DNA of 64,000 nucleotides from an uncultured Chitinophagaceae bacterium (GTDB lineage: Bacteria; Bacteroidota; Bacteroidia; Chitinophagales; Chitinophagaceae), in NCBI GenBank assembly GCA_964409025.1, contig CAYPBV010000002.1, forward strand, positions 927-64,926, given 5' to 3'. The first letter of the stretch is position 1, and each line of letters opens with the position of its first letter. Shown piece by piece: positions 46,868-58,000 of the stretch. Under the pieces are notes generated by a model. It was not told the DNA's origin, ran no database searches, and saw only the letters and a program-made list of their open reading frames with translations. The position numbers and the translations under genes are program-made.

Positions 46868-49033
46868 ATGAAAAAGGTAATAAATATAAACTTCAAAGGA
46901 CGGGTAATCCCCATAGAGGAAACTGCTTTTGAACTGTTGCAGCGCTACATTGAAAGCCTCCGCCGCTACTTTGCCAACGAAGAAGGCAGAGATGAAATCA
47001 TCAATGATATTGAAGACCGCATTGCCGAGCTGTTTGAAGAAGATTTGAAAAAAGGCGCTGCCTGTATTACTGATGAAACAGTAAATACAGTGCTTGACAG
47101 CATGGGCCGTGTAGAAGATTTTCAGCAAATGGACAGCGAGCCCTCTGTTGCTTCATCAACAACAAATAGCGGCAGTTATTCATCTGCTTCGGCTGATGAA
47201 CCCCGTGGCAGCATGAGCCGCAACTCTAATGATAAAGTTATTGGGGGCGTGTGCAGTGGTCTTGCACATTATTTAAAAATTGACCCAACCGTTGTGCGTG
47301 TATTGTTTGCATTGATTTCGTTTGGTGGCTTTGGTGCCGGTTTACTCATCTACATTGTGTTGTGGATTGTATTACCTGAACGTGCATTGCAGAGCAATAT
47401 CAAAAAGCGTTTGTTCCGTGACCCTGATAACAAAGTTATCGGTGGTGTTTCAAGCGGTTTGGCAAACTATTTTAATATAGCTGTATGGATTCCCCGTTTA
47501 ATCTTTATTGCTCCGTTTGTACTGGGCTTTATTCCATCCATTTTTGATTTTTCACCCGCTCCGTTCTTCTTTACCAGTGGTATAGGCGGTACCTTATTCT
47601 TTACGTATGTGGTATTGTGGATTGTGCTGCCCAAAGCAACAACTGCCGCAGATAAATTACAAATGCGTGGCGAAAAAATTGATGTGGGAAGCATCAGTAA
47701 AGCTGTAAAGGAAGATTTGAAAAAAATGGGAGATGATGTGAAAACAGGCGCACAGCGGATGAGTGAGCAAGTGAAAACAGGTGCCGCTACCATGAGTGAA
47801 GAAGTGAAAGAACGTGCACAGGCATTTGCAACTGAAGCTCGACCCGTGGCGCAAAGCACTGCCAGTGGTATTGGTAATGCCATCGGTATCCTGTTCAAAG
47901 CATTCTTTTTGTTCATAGCCGGTTGTATAGCGTTTGCACTGCTTATGGGGTTGTTTGGAATAAGTATAGCGGGTATTGTAGCCTGGCCCCTGAAAGACTT
48001 CTTCTTTGAAGGAGGTTATCAAAACTTTGCAGTTTGGGGCACTTTATTATTCTTCCTGCTGGTACCGGCCGTTGCTTTCTTTACTTGGATTATCCGTAAA
48101 ATTTTCAGCATCAAATCCAAAAACAGTTATTTAGGTTATGTGTTTGGCGGCTTATGGATTGTAGGATGGGTTTGTGTGATTATGCTCATCAGCAGTATCA
48201 GCAAAAATTTCCGCAACCGCACAGAGGTTACAGAAACCATTTCCATTACACAACCTTCTAAAGGTAAAATGACGGTAACCGTAACTGAACCAGAAGTAAA
48301 CTACAGCGGTCATTACTGGTGGCTGCATGATGATAACGATGCCAGCGGATGGGATATTAATGATGATAGTTTAAAACTTAGCACCGTACGTTTACAGATT
48401 GAACAAAGTAATGATTCCTTCTATAGTGTTCAGATGGTGCGACGCAGTTACGGACAAAGTAAATCGAATGCAAAATCTAAAGCTGAAAAAATAGATTACC
48501 ATGTAAGCTATAAAGACAGTGTACTGGATTTAGGCAGCTATATGGCTATAGCAAAGGCAGATAAATTTCGTGGACAACAGGTAAGCGTAGTAGTAAAGGT
48601 TCCTGTGGGTAAGCAAATACGCTTTGACCGTACTGTTGAACGCAAACTTAACCCCGTGAACTATCGCTTTACACATAAAAACCGCTGGAACCGCTTTGAT
48701 GAAGACTGGGATGTGGATGTATACACTGATTTTGATTATAGTGCAGACGTTGATTATGTAATGACGGCAGATGGGCTGCGGCGTACAGACGGCAAGGACA
48801 ACGAAAAATATGAATACAAAAACAAGGGCGCTGATGATGAGCTGAAGCAAATTGAACGTGACAAGCAAAAACTTCAGGAACGTGAAGAGGAGTTAAAAAA
48901 AGATATTGATAGTAACCGCTATCGCTACGATCCAAAAAAATCATCGGCTGACAGCATCAAAACAAAAGTGATTGCTTACAGCAATAAAAGTGATGTACCC
49001 TTTTCTCAACCTATTACTGTGAGTGCGTTGTAA
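46868..49033 (+). CDS. pspC: PspC-domain envelope-stress membrane protein
   Basis: EIINDIEDRIAE N-domain, two PspC repeats (DKVIGGVCSGLA, NKVIGGVSSGLA), several TMs, periplasmic tail. Confidence 0.88.
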   Translation: MKKVININFKGRVIPIEETAFELLQRYIESLRRYFANEEGRDEIINDIEDRIAELFEEDLKKGAACITDETVNTVLDSMGRVEDFQQMDSEPSVASSTTNSGSYSSASADEPRGSMSRNSNDKVIGGVCSGLAHYLKIDPTVVRVLFALISFGGFGAGLLIYIVLWIVLPERALQSNIKKRLFRDPDNKVIGGVSSGLANYFNIAVWIPRLIFIAPFVLGFIPSIFDFSPAPFFFTSGIGGTLFFTYVVLWIVLPKATTAADKLQMRGEKIDVGSISKAVKEDLKKMGDDVKTGAQRMSEQVKTGAATMSEEVKERAQAFATEARPVAQSTASGIGNAIGILFKAFFLFIAGCIAFALLMGLFGISIAGIVAWPLKDFFFEGGYQNFAVWGTLLFFLLVPAVAFFTWIIRKIFSIKSKNSYLGYVFGGLWIVGWVCVIMLISSISKNFRNRTEVTETISITQPSKGKMTVTVTEPEVNYSGHYWWLHDDNDASGWDINDDSLKLSTVRLQIEQSNDSFYSVQMVRRSYGQSKSNAKSKAEKIDYHVSYKDSVLDLGSYMAIAKADKFRGQQVSVVVKVPVGKQIRFDRTVERKLNPVNYRFTHKNRWNRFDEDWDVDVYTDFDYSADVDYVMTADGLRRTDGKDNEKYEYKNKGADDELKQIERDKQKLQEREEELKKDIDSNRYRYDPKKSSADSIKTKVIAYSNKSDVPFSQPITVSAL

Positions 49034-49157
49034 CCATTAGAACCTTATCATCGTCAAAAACCTTATCATTCAACAGATGCACGCACATAAACGCAGTGGT
49101 TAAAGTTGGAACAGCCAACGGCCCCAAAGCTTCGGAACAAAGCGGCGGGGCTTTTTT

Positions 49158-49186
49158 ATCCCCTCCCTGGCGGGGTTGGGGTGGGT
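49158..49186. repeat. Solo GC-rich REP-like element
   Basis: ATCCCCTCCCTGGCGGGGTTGGGGTGGGT; same ends as 21667-21696. Confidence 0.65.
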
Positions 49187-49204
49187 CTTCTAAAATCAAT
49201 TCAA

Positions 49205-49663
49205 ATGAAAAAAATTACAATCATCTCTATTCTGCTGCTGGCATCCGCATTTTTGAAAGCACAGGAACAGAAGCATATTGATTCTTCGCTCTTCAACACC
49301 ATCTATCTACTCGACAGCACCTGGTTTGCTGCCTTCAACAAAAAAGATGTCAAAGTATTTTCAACGTATGTAGATAGATCACTGGAGTTTTATCACGATA
49401 AAACAGGTTTAACTGATTATGAATACAATATAAAAGCTTTTGATAACATCCTTAAAAACGTTCCTGATTTAAAACGTACACTGCTAAAAGAAACAATGGA
49501 AGTATATCCAATTCCCAATTACGGTGCAGTGCAGATTGCCCAACACCGTTTTTGCCATATGGAAAACGGGAAGATGGATTGCGGTATTTTTAAGTTTATT
49601 CATGTGTGGAAGAAAACTAATACGCAATGGAGAGTAACCAGAATCATCAGCGTTGATCATTAA
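49205..49663 (+). CDS. Exported NTF2-like (DUF4440) protein
   Basis: Signal peptide from ATG 49205; LEFYHDKTG, YGAVQ, FIHVW, RIISVDH. Confidence 0.82.
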   Translation: MKKITIISILLLASAFLKAQEQKHIDSSLFNTIYLLDSTWFAAFNKKDVKVFSTYVDRSLEFYHDKTGLTDYEYNIKAFDNILKNVPDLKRTLLKETMEVYPIPNYGAVQIAQHRFCHMENGKMDCGIFKFIHVWKKTNTQWRVTRIISVDH

Positions 49664-49689
49664 ACGCTTTTAAAAAACAGAAATCAACC

Positions 49690-50313
49690 ATGACCAAATC
49701 AACTGTTTCATACATTGGCTTTGCAGGGATTTTATTATTTGTTTTTGCCGCCATCTCAGGGGCTATGTTGATACCGAATTACAGTCAAATTTCTCAGTAT
49801 CTAAGTGAGTCGTATGCCATTGATACAAAGTATGGGCTATATCTCCGGCTGCTGGGCTATATTCCATCGGGCATCTTGATATTGTTGTTTTGTTTTCTTG
49901 CTGTAAAGCATCTTCCAAAAAGCAGAGCAGCAGGAATAGCCCTTAAAGGAATCGGTTTGTTTTATGGTGGCGGTACATCGCTTACAGGGATTTTTCCTTG
50001 CGATGCCGGCTGTAATAAAGAAATGATTAATCCAACTGTTGCGCAATTCATTCACAATATCGCCGGCTTGTTTACTTATGTTATGGTTCCATTTTTTGTT
50101 ATTCTGCTGGGAGCTGCTGCTGCAAAATGGAAAGATGCAAAAGGTACTGGCTCTTTAATTACTGCATGCGGTTTTGTTGCGGCTGCGTTTTCAGTCCTTT
50201 TCTTTACACAGTTAAATACAATTTATGGCGGATTGTATCAACGGATACTTGAGGGTAGTATTTTAGTGGCAATACTTGTAACAGCATTGCATCTAAAAAA
50301 GAAATTTATTTAA
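49690..50313 (+). CDS. DUF998 membrane protein
   Basis: PNYSQISQYLSE, FPCDAGC, IH, GLYQR. Confidence 0.8.
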   Translation: MTKSTVSYIGFAGILLFVFAAISGAMLIPNYSQISQYLSESYAIDTKYGLYLRLLGYIPSGILILLFCFLAVKHLPKSRAAGIALKGIGLFYGGGTSLTGIFPCDAGCNKEMINPTVAQFIHNIAGLFTYVMVPFFVILLGAAAAKWKDAKGTGSLITACGFVAAAFSVLFFTQLNTIYGGLYQRILEGSILVAILVTALHLKKKFI

Positions 50314-50337
50314 ATGCATTATTTTAAATCTACGTTC

Positions 50338-51726
50338 TTATTGCTTCACCAATCTTCCCGCCTGTTGTCCATTAATCAAAACAATATAAACGCCTGAACT
50401 GATATCGTTTATTAAAAAATTAGCAGCAATATTACCCTTCCAGGTTTTAACTACAGCGCCCTGTGAAGAAACCAAACTGATAACATCATTTGGTTTTACC
50501 CTATAATCTAAAATTTTAAACGTATGCTGTACAGGGTTGGGCAGAATACGCATGTTGTTTGTTAGGGCAGCAACATTCCGCACCGAAGTTGTTATATCAG
50601 GAAACAGCCATTGATAGGCAGCGCCAAACTCTCTGCGCCAGTAAGCTTCTGTATGTGTGCCATCCGCATCAATTTTTATTTGGGAATTGCTGTTTACCAA
50701 TCCACGAATAAAAAGTTGCGTTGAAACTGAATTGATGTTTGAAACCATGGAACCCGATTCGTTCTGTCCCGCTACATGACTGATACGAACGTTAGAAATA
50801 GTTGTTGTGCTTGTGCTGATATAGTTATTTAAATCATTTAATGCAAACCAATAAGCAGGACTGAATGCGCCCACTTTTCCAAACACGTTGGGATAACGTA
50901 CGGCCCCGAACGTTGAAATCAATCCGCCCATACTGCTACCAAATAAACAAGTGTACTCAGGAGAGCTCAGTGTTCTGTAATTGGCATCAATAAACGGCTT
51001 CAATGTTTGAGCAATGAAATCAATATATGCAGCTCCCTCACCGCCGCCATACTGCGGATTATTCCATGGTGAATACTCATTGAGTCTTGATGCACCCCCA
51101 TTATCAATACCTACAACAATGGCCCCATAATTTCCGGAAGCGTGTAAGCTGTTTAATGTTTCATCTACCTGCCACTCTCCTGCAAAGGAAGTAGCTGCAT
51201 CAAAAAGGTTTTGTCCATCATGCATATACAAAACGGGGTATTGCTTGGAGCTGGTGTTATAATCAGGCGGCAGGTATAACCAAATTCTTCTGGTGCGGTT
51301 ATTGAGCTGAGGCATTACAAATGCATTGTTTACTACCTGCACATTACTGGCAGCAGTAGAGCTACAAAGGTCTTTCCATCGTTGAACAGTTAGATTAATT
51401 GTTTGCGGCGATCCCGTAAAAGAAAATGTTCTGTTGGCAATTTCTTCGCAGTTGGTTCCACCTTCCACACTGGTCCATGAGCCTCTTGTAAATTTGAACT
51501 GAACCGTTCCCGTTCCTTCGGGTATAATAATTTGATAAACACCATTTACCTGTGTTAAAGTAAAACCTGCATCTCCCGGGTTCCAGCCATTGATATTCGA
51601 TGCAAAATAAAGAACTGCATTTACAGGAGTATTGTTAGGAATAGAAGTTAAACGTAATGTAACCTGTGCGTTTAAACAATAACATGCAACTGTAAAGAAC
51701 AACGAAAGAAAAACGGAACGTTTCAT
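50338..51726 (-). CDS. T9SS-secreted alpha/beta-hydrolase (esterase) with an N-terminal CBM-like domain
   Basis: FKFTRGSW, YLPPDY, YPVLYMHDGQNLF, GSSMGG, HTEAYW, PNPV...GVY C-terminal sorting domain. Confidence 0.88.
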   Translation of the reverse strand: MKRSVFLSLFFTVACYCLNAQVTLRLTSIPNNTPVNAVLYFASNINGWNPGDAGFTLTQVNGVYQIIIPEGTGTVQFKFTRGSWTSVEGGTNCEEIANRTFSFTGSPQTINLTVQRWKDLCSSTAASNVQVVNNAFVMPQLNNRTRRIWLYLPPDYNTSSKQYPVLYMHDGQNLFDAATSFAGEWQVDETLNSLHASGNYGAIVVGIDNGGASRLNEYSPWNNPQYGGGEGAAYIDFIAQTLKPFIDANYRTLSSPEYTCLFGSSMGGLISTFGAVRYPNVFGKVGAFSPAYWFALNDLNNYISTSTTTISNVRISHVAGQNESGSMVSNINSVSTQLFIRGLVNSNSQIKIDADGTHTEAYWRREFGAAYQWLFPDITTSVRNVAALTNNMRILPNPVQHTFKILDYRVKPNDVISLVSSQGAVVKTWKGNIAANFLINDISSGVYIVLINGQQAGRLVKQ

Positions 51727-51934
51727 TATATGCTGCGTTATTAAGGTTGTAAAGATAACGGTTGAAACAAAACCATAGAACGGCCGTTTAATAATCAGAA
51801 ATACTGTAAAATGATTCTGCATTCTTCCTGCGTTCAATCATTGTAACCACTGTTTTAAATTATTCAGCTTATGCATGTTGTATTGGATTTTCGTTCTATT
51901 TTAGCAGCATCATTAACCACGAACATTCTTTTTA

Positions 51935-54628
51935 ATGTCAACTACAGCCAACAAGAGCTTCGCCCGGATTGATACTGATTTGAAAAACATTACTTCGTTA
52001 TTCAGCGAGGTTTTAAATGATTTACATCATCAGGATTTATCCCGCATCATAAGTAATTTATCTTCAACAACTGCTGCTGAATCCACAGGCGATGAATCAG
52101 AAATTCAGGCATTGAGTATGTTGTTTCAGATAATGAGTCTGGTGGAACAAAACGGTGCGGCACGTTATCGCCGTCAGCTCATTAATGAACAGGGCGCTGC
52201 ATCCATCAGAGGTAGCTGGTGCGAAACATTTACACGCTGGCAACAACAGGGATTAACACAACAACAAATGCTGGAGGTGCTGTCACAAATTGAAATTACG
52301 CCTGTTCTTACTGCACATCCTACTGAAGCCAAACGTCTGTCTGTTTTGGATTTACATCGTGAATTTTTTTTACTGCTTATAAAGCTGGAGCAAACACACC
52401 TTTCCAGCACTGAGTGTGAAACGATACATGATGATATCAAAGCATTGCTGGAGAGATGGTGGCGCACCGGAGAGGTTTACCTCGAAAAACCATCCGTGAT
52501 TGCTGAAAGAAATAATGTGATGCACTACTTTACCAAAGTGTTTCCCCATGCACTGCAACTGGCCGACACACAACTCAAACAAAGCTGGGCACAAATGGGT
52601 TTTGATGTTTCCTTACTTTCATCGCATTCACAATTCCCGCTGTTGCAGTTTGGAAGCTGGGTAGGTGGCGACCGTGATGGCCATCCCTATGTAACAGCAG
52701 AAGTTACCGCTTCAACCCTGATGGAACACCGGGGAGCTGCATTAGAGCTGCTGCACAAACAACTAACGGAGCTGGCTGCACGCATGAGTTTTTCAGAAAC
52801 AAAAAATCCCGTGCCCGCAGCATTAACACAAACCATTAACCACTTCAAAGAATGGGGTGGAGCAGATGCTAAAAAAGCAGCGGATCGCAATGTGCATGAA
52901 CCATGGCGACAATACATCAACCTCCTTATACTTAAACTGCAACATACAATTGATAACAACATTGAAGCAACTTCCTTTGTTTATAAAAATACCGGTGAGC
53001 TGCTGGGTGATTTACAATTACTTCGTGAAAGCTTATTGGAAATAGGCGCACAACGTATGGCAGATAAATTATTATTTCCTCTGGAACGTCAGGTGCGTTG
53101 TTTTGGTTTTCATCTGGCAAAACTTGATATCAGGCAAAACAGCGCTTTTCATGATAAGGCTATGGACTCGATATTGAGTGTTGCACTTCCGCATCTTTCT
53201 ACCTACAGCAACTGGACAGAAGCGGAAAAGCTTTCTTTTCTCACAACAGAACTTCAAAGCACCAGGCCTTTTGCCATTGCTGAAACATCATTTGGTGAAG
53301 AGGCGGACAAAGTGTTGGATTGCTATCGTGCCGTGCAACATCACATCCGGCAATATGGTAAAGATGGTGTGGGTTCATTTATTGTAAGCATGACCAGAAG
53401 CCTCAGTGATTTGCTGGTTGTGTATGTACTGATGCGTGAAACAGGTTTGAGCAGCTATGCATTGCCGGTAGTTCCATTATTTGAAACCATTGATGATTTA
53501 AAAAAGGGACCTGCAATACTGGAAGCGTTTCTTTCTCATCCGGCCCGCAAACAGCAGGCCCATGCTGTGCAAGAAGTAATGCTGGGCTATAGCGATAGTA
53601 ATAAAGATGGTGGCATTTTAGCAAGCCGCTGGAATATTCATCAGGCTGAAGAACGATTGACCGCTGCTGCATCAAAATACAATGTACAATTGAAATTCTT
53701 TCATGGTATTGGCGGCACCATCAGTCGTGGTGGTGGTAAGTATCACCGCTTTTTAGAAAGCATGCCGCACGGAAGCCATAGCGGTAAAATGAAAGTAACG
53801 GTACAGGGTGAAACCATTGCACAACAGTTTGCCAACCGGCTTAATGCCTCCTACAATCTGGAGATGCTGCTTTCCGGTGTGGCCCTGCAAACAGCAAATA
53901 CATTATTTCCTGATAAAGAACATGTTTTTCCATTACTGGCTTTGGATAAAACGGCAACATTGGCATTTGAGCATTACAGAAGATTGGTGGAGCATCCTTA
54001 CTTTATTCCGTTTTACAGTGAAGCAACGCCGATAGATGTACTGGAGCAAAGCAAAATCGGTTCCAGACCTGCACGCAGAACAGGCAAACGTACGCTTGCA
54101 GATTTGAGGGCAATACCCTGGGTATTCAGCTGGCATCAAAGCCGCTTTAATCTTACTGCATGGTATGGCACAGGAACAGCTTTAAAACAACTGAGAGAAA
54201 CACAACCCGGTGCGTATGCACAACTCAAACAAACGGCAAACAGCTGGCCTTTTTTGCGCTATACCTTAATTCATATAGAAACCAATCTCATGAATGCTGA
54301 TGCAGGCTTTATGAAACAATATGCCTCTTTAGTGAGTGATGAACAGGTACAACAAACCATTCTTGATTTACTGCTGCAGGAACATGCGCAGGCATTGGAT
54401 GAAATTGGATTGTTGTTTGATGAAGACAGAAGCACTCGCCGCAGCAGTTTATTAGACAGCTTACAGCGCAGACAGCAACCGCTTGCATTATTGCATCATA
54501 TGCAACTGAGTAATTTAAAGCAATGGCGCACCGTTAAAGAAACCAATCCGCAGGAAAGCGATTTGCTGCTGAACAAACTTTTAGTAATAACGTCAGCATT
54601 GGCAGGAGGGTTGAAGAATACAGGATAA
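51935..54628 (+). CDS. ppc: Phosphoenolpyruvate carboxylase
   Basis: VLTAHPTE, GGDRDG, LDIRQ, VPLFETI, QEVMLGYSDSNKDGG, LRAIPW, LKNTG. Confidence 0.93.
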   Translation: MSTTANKSFARIDTDLKNITSLFSEVLNDLHHQDLSRIISNLSSTTAAESTGDESEIQALSMLFQIMSLVEQNGAARYRRQLINEQGAASIRGSWCETFTRWQQQGLTQQQMLEVLSQIEITPVLTAHPTEAKRLSVLDLHREFFLLLIKLEQTHLSSTECETIHDDIKALLERWWRTGEVYLEKPSVIAERNNVMHYFTKVFPHALQLADTQLKQSWAQMGFDVSLLSSHSQFPLLQFGSWVGGDRDGHPYVTAEVTASTLMEHRGAALELLHKQLTELAARMSFSETKNPVPAALTQTINHFKEWGGADAKKAADRNVHEPWRQYINLLILKLQHTIDNNIEATSFVYKNTGELLGDLQLLRESLLEIGAQRMADKLLFPLERQVRCFGFHLAKLDIRQNSAFHDKAMDSILSVALPHLSTYSNWTEAEKLSFLTTELQSTRPFAIAETSFGEEADKVLDCYRAVQHHIRQYGKDGVGSFIVSMTRSLSDLLVVYVLMRETGLSSYALPVVPLFETIDDLKKGPAILEAFLSHPARKQQAHAVQEVMLGYSDSNKDGGILASRWNIHQAEERLTAAASKYNVQLKFFHGIGGTISRGGGKYHRFLESMPHGSHSGKMKVTVQGETIAQQFANRLNASYNLEMLLSGVALQTANTLFPDKEHVFPLLALDKTATLAFEHYRRLVEHPYFIPFYSEATPIDVLEQSKIGSRPARRTGKRTLADLRAIPWVFSWHQSRFNLTAWYGTGTALKQLRETQPGAYAQLKQTANSWPFLRYTLIHIETNLMNADAGFMKQYASLVSDEQVQQTILDLLLQEHAQALDEIGLLFDEDRSTRRSSLLDSLQRRQQPLALLHHMQLSNLKQWRTVKETNPQESDLLLNKLLVITSALAGGLKNTG

Positions 54629-54673
54629 ATGTCTGTCTCATTTAAACACCTTACTACTTATAAAATAAAAAAG

Positions 54674-55573
54674 ATGCTGTTAAAAGAAACACTGCTGATC
54701 GTTTTGTTTATATGCTTTTTTGCCATGTCATCTTCATCGCAAAACTTAACAGGTACATGGGAGGGCGGTGGCCAAAGTCAAAAGCACAGGCTTGTTGTAA
54801 TACAAAAAGGCGATACGCTCATTGGCTATATTTATGAAAAAAGTATCGGCTACTGCACCGCTGATTTTAAGGGGATGTTTTATCCTTCTCAAAAAAGAGT
54901 TACAGGCGAAGGTGTTCGGTTTATTAACAAATCGCTTTTACATAGCTTATCTGTTTATAGCTGGAGATATTCAGTAATGGATAGTAAAGAATTTCTTATC
55001 GGAACACTGCAGGTGAAGGGTTTATTGGGAGGTGCAAAGGTTGCCATGCAGATGAGCCGCATTTCAGAGTCTGTTGATACAACCGCATACATGGCAAAAT
55101 TCCTGAATCAACTACCTGAAAACGCTATCGTAACACAACCCATGGCCTTACCAAAAGATACCGTAACAAATCAAATAAAAACTATTTCTCCTTCCGTAAT
55201 AAATGACAGCACTGCCATCAAAAAATCAAAAGAACGGATAACCAACACAGCCAAACAAATAAGCGTTGACAGGGGTGTTGTAAAATTTACGTTATACGAT
55301 AACGGAACATATGATGGAGATACTGTAAGTGTGATCCATAATGCACAATTAATTATTTTCAAAAAAGAAGTTTCGTTAAGCCCCGTACAGTTCAGTATTC
55401 AGGTAAACAGGGAGCAACCTGTTCATGAAATTATTATGGTTGCAGAAAACGAGGGCAGCATTCCACCCAATACAGCATTGCTGATTATTGAAACAAACGG
55501 GAAACGTTACCAGTTAAATTTGAATGCCAGCCTTCGTACAAATGAAAAAGTTGTTATTACGCTGAAAGAATAA
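54674..55573 (+). CDS. Secreted two-domain protein, paralog of 38307..39692
   Basis: SQNLTGTWEG; LYDNGTYDGD...VAENEGSIPPNTA. Confidence 0.78.
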   Translation: MLLKETLLIVLFICFFAMSSSSQNLTGTWEGGGQSQKHRLVVIQKGDTLIGYIYEKSIGYCTADFKGMFYPSQKRVTGEGVRFINKSLLHSLSVYSWRYSVMDSKEFLIGTLQVKGLLGGAKVAMQMSRISESVDTTAYMAKFLNQLPENAIVTQPMALPKDTVTNQIKTISPSVINDSTAIKKSKERITNTAKQISVDRGVVKFTLYDNGTYDGDTVSVIHNAQLIIFKKEVSLSPVQFSIQVNREQPVHEIIMVAENEGSIPPNTALLIIETNGKRYQLNLNASLRTNEKVVITLKE

Positions 55574-55652
55574 TTACAGTCCCTTTTTTTAAAATCTGCA
55601 AACCGCATGTGAGTCTCATCCACTACTTTTGCACCCACTAAAGCTTGCATGC

Positions 55653-56738
55653 ATGAAACAAACTCCCTTTACACTCAAACACATTGCACTAGGAGCCAAG
55701 ATGGCTGAATTTGCAGGATACAATATGCCCATTTCTTACAGTGGTATTAATGACGAACATGCAGCGGTTCGCAATAATTGTGGCGTGTTTGATGTGAGTC
55801 ACATGGGTGAATTTATTTTAAAGGGTGAAGGGGCGCTGGATTTAATTCAGCGTGTTACCACCAATGATGCAAGCAAACTCACTAAAGGGAAAGCACAATA
55901 CAGCTGCCTTCCAAATAATGAAGGCGGCATCATTGATGATTTACTGGTGTACTGTGTAGAAGAAAACAAAGTGTATATGCTGGTTGTAAACGCCAGTAAT
56001 ATTGAAAAAGACTGGAACTGGATTCAACAACATAATACTTCCAATGTAGAGATGCACAACATCAGCGACAAAACCTGCTTGCTCGCTGTACAGGGACCCA
56101 ACGCTACTAAAATTCTGCAGCCATTAACAGAAATGGATATTCTCAACCTTAAGTATTACACGTTTGCAAAAGGTGTATTTGCCGGAGTGGAGAATGTTTT
56201 AGTGAGTGCAACAGGTTATACTGGCGCAGGTGGTGTTGAAATTTACTTTGAAGACAAAGATGGTGCGGCTGATAAAATTTGGGATGCCATTTTTGAAGCA
56301 GGCAAAGCAAGTGGTATTAATCCAGTGGGTCTTGGTGCAAGGGATACACTGCGCCTGGAAAAAGCATTTTGCTTATACGGCAATGATATTGATGATACCA
56401 CCAATCCCTTAGAAGCAGGTTTGGGATGGATTACAAAGTTTACGAAAGACTTTACGGCAAGGCCCATTATTGAAACAATAAAAGCTGATGGTGTGCAGCG
56501 CAAGCTCGTAGGTTTTGAAATGATTGATCGTGGCATACCCCGTCATGATTATAAAATCAAAGATGCAACAGGTAATGAAATCGGAAAAGTTACCAGCGGC
56601 ACTCAATCACCTTCTTTGCAAAAAGCAATTGGCCTGGGATATGTAACTGTAGAGCACAGCGCATTTGATTCTGAGATTTTCATAGAAGTACGTGATAAAT
56701 TACTGAAGGCGAAAGTGGTGAAGGTGCCGTTTTTGTAA
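55653..56738 (+). CDS. gcvT: Glycine cleavage system aminomethyltransferase T
   Basis: [45 protein letters not shown]. Confidence 0.96.
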   Translation: MKQTPFTLKHIALGAKMAEFAGYNMPISYSGINDEHAAVRNNCGVFDVSHMGEFILKGEGALDLIQRVTTNDASKLTKGKAQYSCLPNNEGGIIDDLLVYCVEENKVYMLVVNASNIEKDWNWIQQHNTSNVEMHNISDKTCLLAVQGPNATKILQPLTEMDILNLKYYTFAKGVFAGVENVLVSATGYTGAGGVEIYFEDKDGAADKIWDAIFEAGKASGINPVGLGARDTLRLEKAFCLYGNDIDDTTNPLEAGLGWITKFTKDFTARPIIETIKADGVQRKLVGFEMIDRGIPRHDYKIKDATGNEIGKVTSGTQSPSLQKAIGLGYVTVEHSAFDSEIFIEVRDKLLKAKVVKVPFL

Positions 56739-56814
56739 ACATGGATTGTAACGGCCTTTGTTTTTTCTGCGTATAAACAGAATAGTACATCATGATTTTA
56801 ATTCCTAAACTCAA

Positions 56815-57339
56815 ATGATGACAAACTATTTACTTGATGGTGAAGAAAGCAGCAGGCTCTTCTTCAGGAAAATACATCTTTCCTACTATAACGAATGGTT
56901 AGAATTTTTTAAAACTCCGGAAACGACCAGGCACTGGATTTCTGATTATGATTTGCCTGAAATTGAATGCAAAAAATGGTATGAAAAACAATTTAAACGT
57001 TACGATAGCGGTAGTGGTGGAATGAATGCCCTGATAGAAAAAACGTCGGGCAGATTAATTGGGCATTGCGGATTATTAAAACAAACTGTAGATAACATTT
57101 CAGAACTTGAAATTGCATATTCGCTATTGCCTCCTTTTTGGAATAAGGGCTATGCAACGGAGGCGGCAGAAAAATGTAAAGAATATGCTTTTAAAAATGA
57201 GTTGTCTTTTTCTTTGATTTCCATAATAAGTTTAACCAATATACAGTCTGAAAGGGTGGCTCGAAAAGTGGGGATGACACTCGAAAAGACAACTGTTTAT
57301 AATAACAACCAGGTAAATATTTTCAGAATAAACAGGTGA
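56815..57339 (+). CDS. GNAT (RimJ/RimL-like) N-acetyltransferase
   Basis: LIGHCGL, EIAYSLLPPFWNKGYATEAA, NIQSERVARKVGM. Confidence 0.88.
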   Translation: MMTNYLLDGEESSRLFFRKIHLSYYNEWLEFFKTPETTRHWISDYDLPEIECKKWYEKQFKRYDSGSGGMNALIEKTSGRLIGHCGLLKQTVDNISELEIAYSLLPPFWNKGYATEAAEKCKEYAFKNELSFSLISIISLTNIQSERVARKVGMTLEKTTVYNNNQVNIFRINR

Positions 57340-57467
57340 CTTTTAATGCATCAGCATGCGGCCACATGTATTGTACTGCCAAGAGGAAAATGCTGCTTAA
57401 AACTTATTATTCCATATTCTTTGTTATATTACTGCACTTGGCATTATCATTGCTCAATCGTTAACAC

Positions 57468-57944
57468 ATGCCCCGTATTCATCTCACAACATTTATTGCA
57501 GCGCCGCAGGAAGTAGTGTTTGATCTGAGCCGTCATATCGGCCTTCACAAAACATCCCAACAGGCAAATAAAGAAGAAGCCATTAACGGTGTTACAACCG
57601 GCCTTATTAATGAAGGCGAACACGTAACATGGCAGGCCAAACATCTGTTCAAAACACGTATGCTTAAAATTCGCATTACCAAAATGCAGATTCCTTTCTT
57701 TTTTGAAGATGTAATGGAGCAGGGTGATTTTAAAAAGTTTGAACACCGGCATCATTTCAAACCCGCTCAAAACGGAACCATTGTTATTGATGAACTGGAG
57801 TTTGATTCGCCTTATGGCTTTATCGGGAAGGTCTTTAATCAGGTTTATCTCACCAATTATATGAAGCGGCTGTTACAACAACGAAATAAAACCATTAAAC
57901 ACTTTGCAGAAAGTAAAAAATGGGAAGCGTTGTTGAATAAATAA
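57468..57944 (+). CDS. SRPBCC-family protein
   Basis: VFDLSRHIGLH, VTWQAKH, FEDVMEQGDFKKFEHRHHF. Confidence 0.85.
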   Translation: MPRIHLTTFIAAPQEVVFDLSRHIGLHKTSQQANKEEAINGVTTGLINEGEHVTWQAKHLFKTRMLKIRITKMQIPFFFEDVMEQGDFKKFEHRHHFKPAQNGTIVIDELEFDSPYGFIGKVFNQVYLTNYMKRLLQQRNKTIKHFAESKKWEALLNK

Positions 57945-58000
57945 ATTTTGTTTGTTGAAGCAGTATCTTTAGCATGATTCCATTTACCAAAACTTACGTC

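Noticed and set aside
49014..49281. ORFs 49014..49199 and 49096..49281, and the 49106 start
   Set aside because: Arise from the GC-rich terminator and REP; the signal peptide starts at ATG 49205.
55574..55652. Glycine riboswitch upstream of gcvT
   Set aside because: A -7 box at 55624 leaves a leader of about 15 nt; no aptamer motifs.
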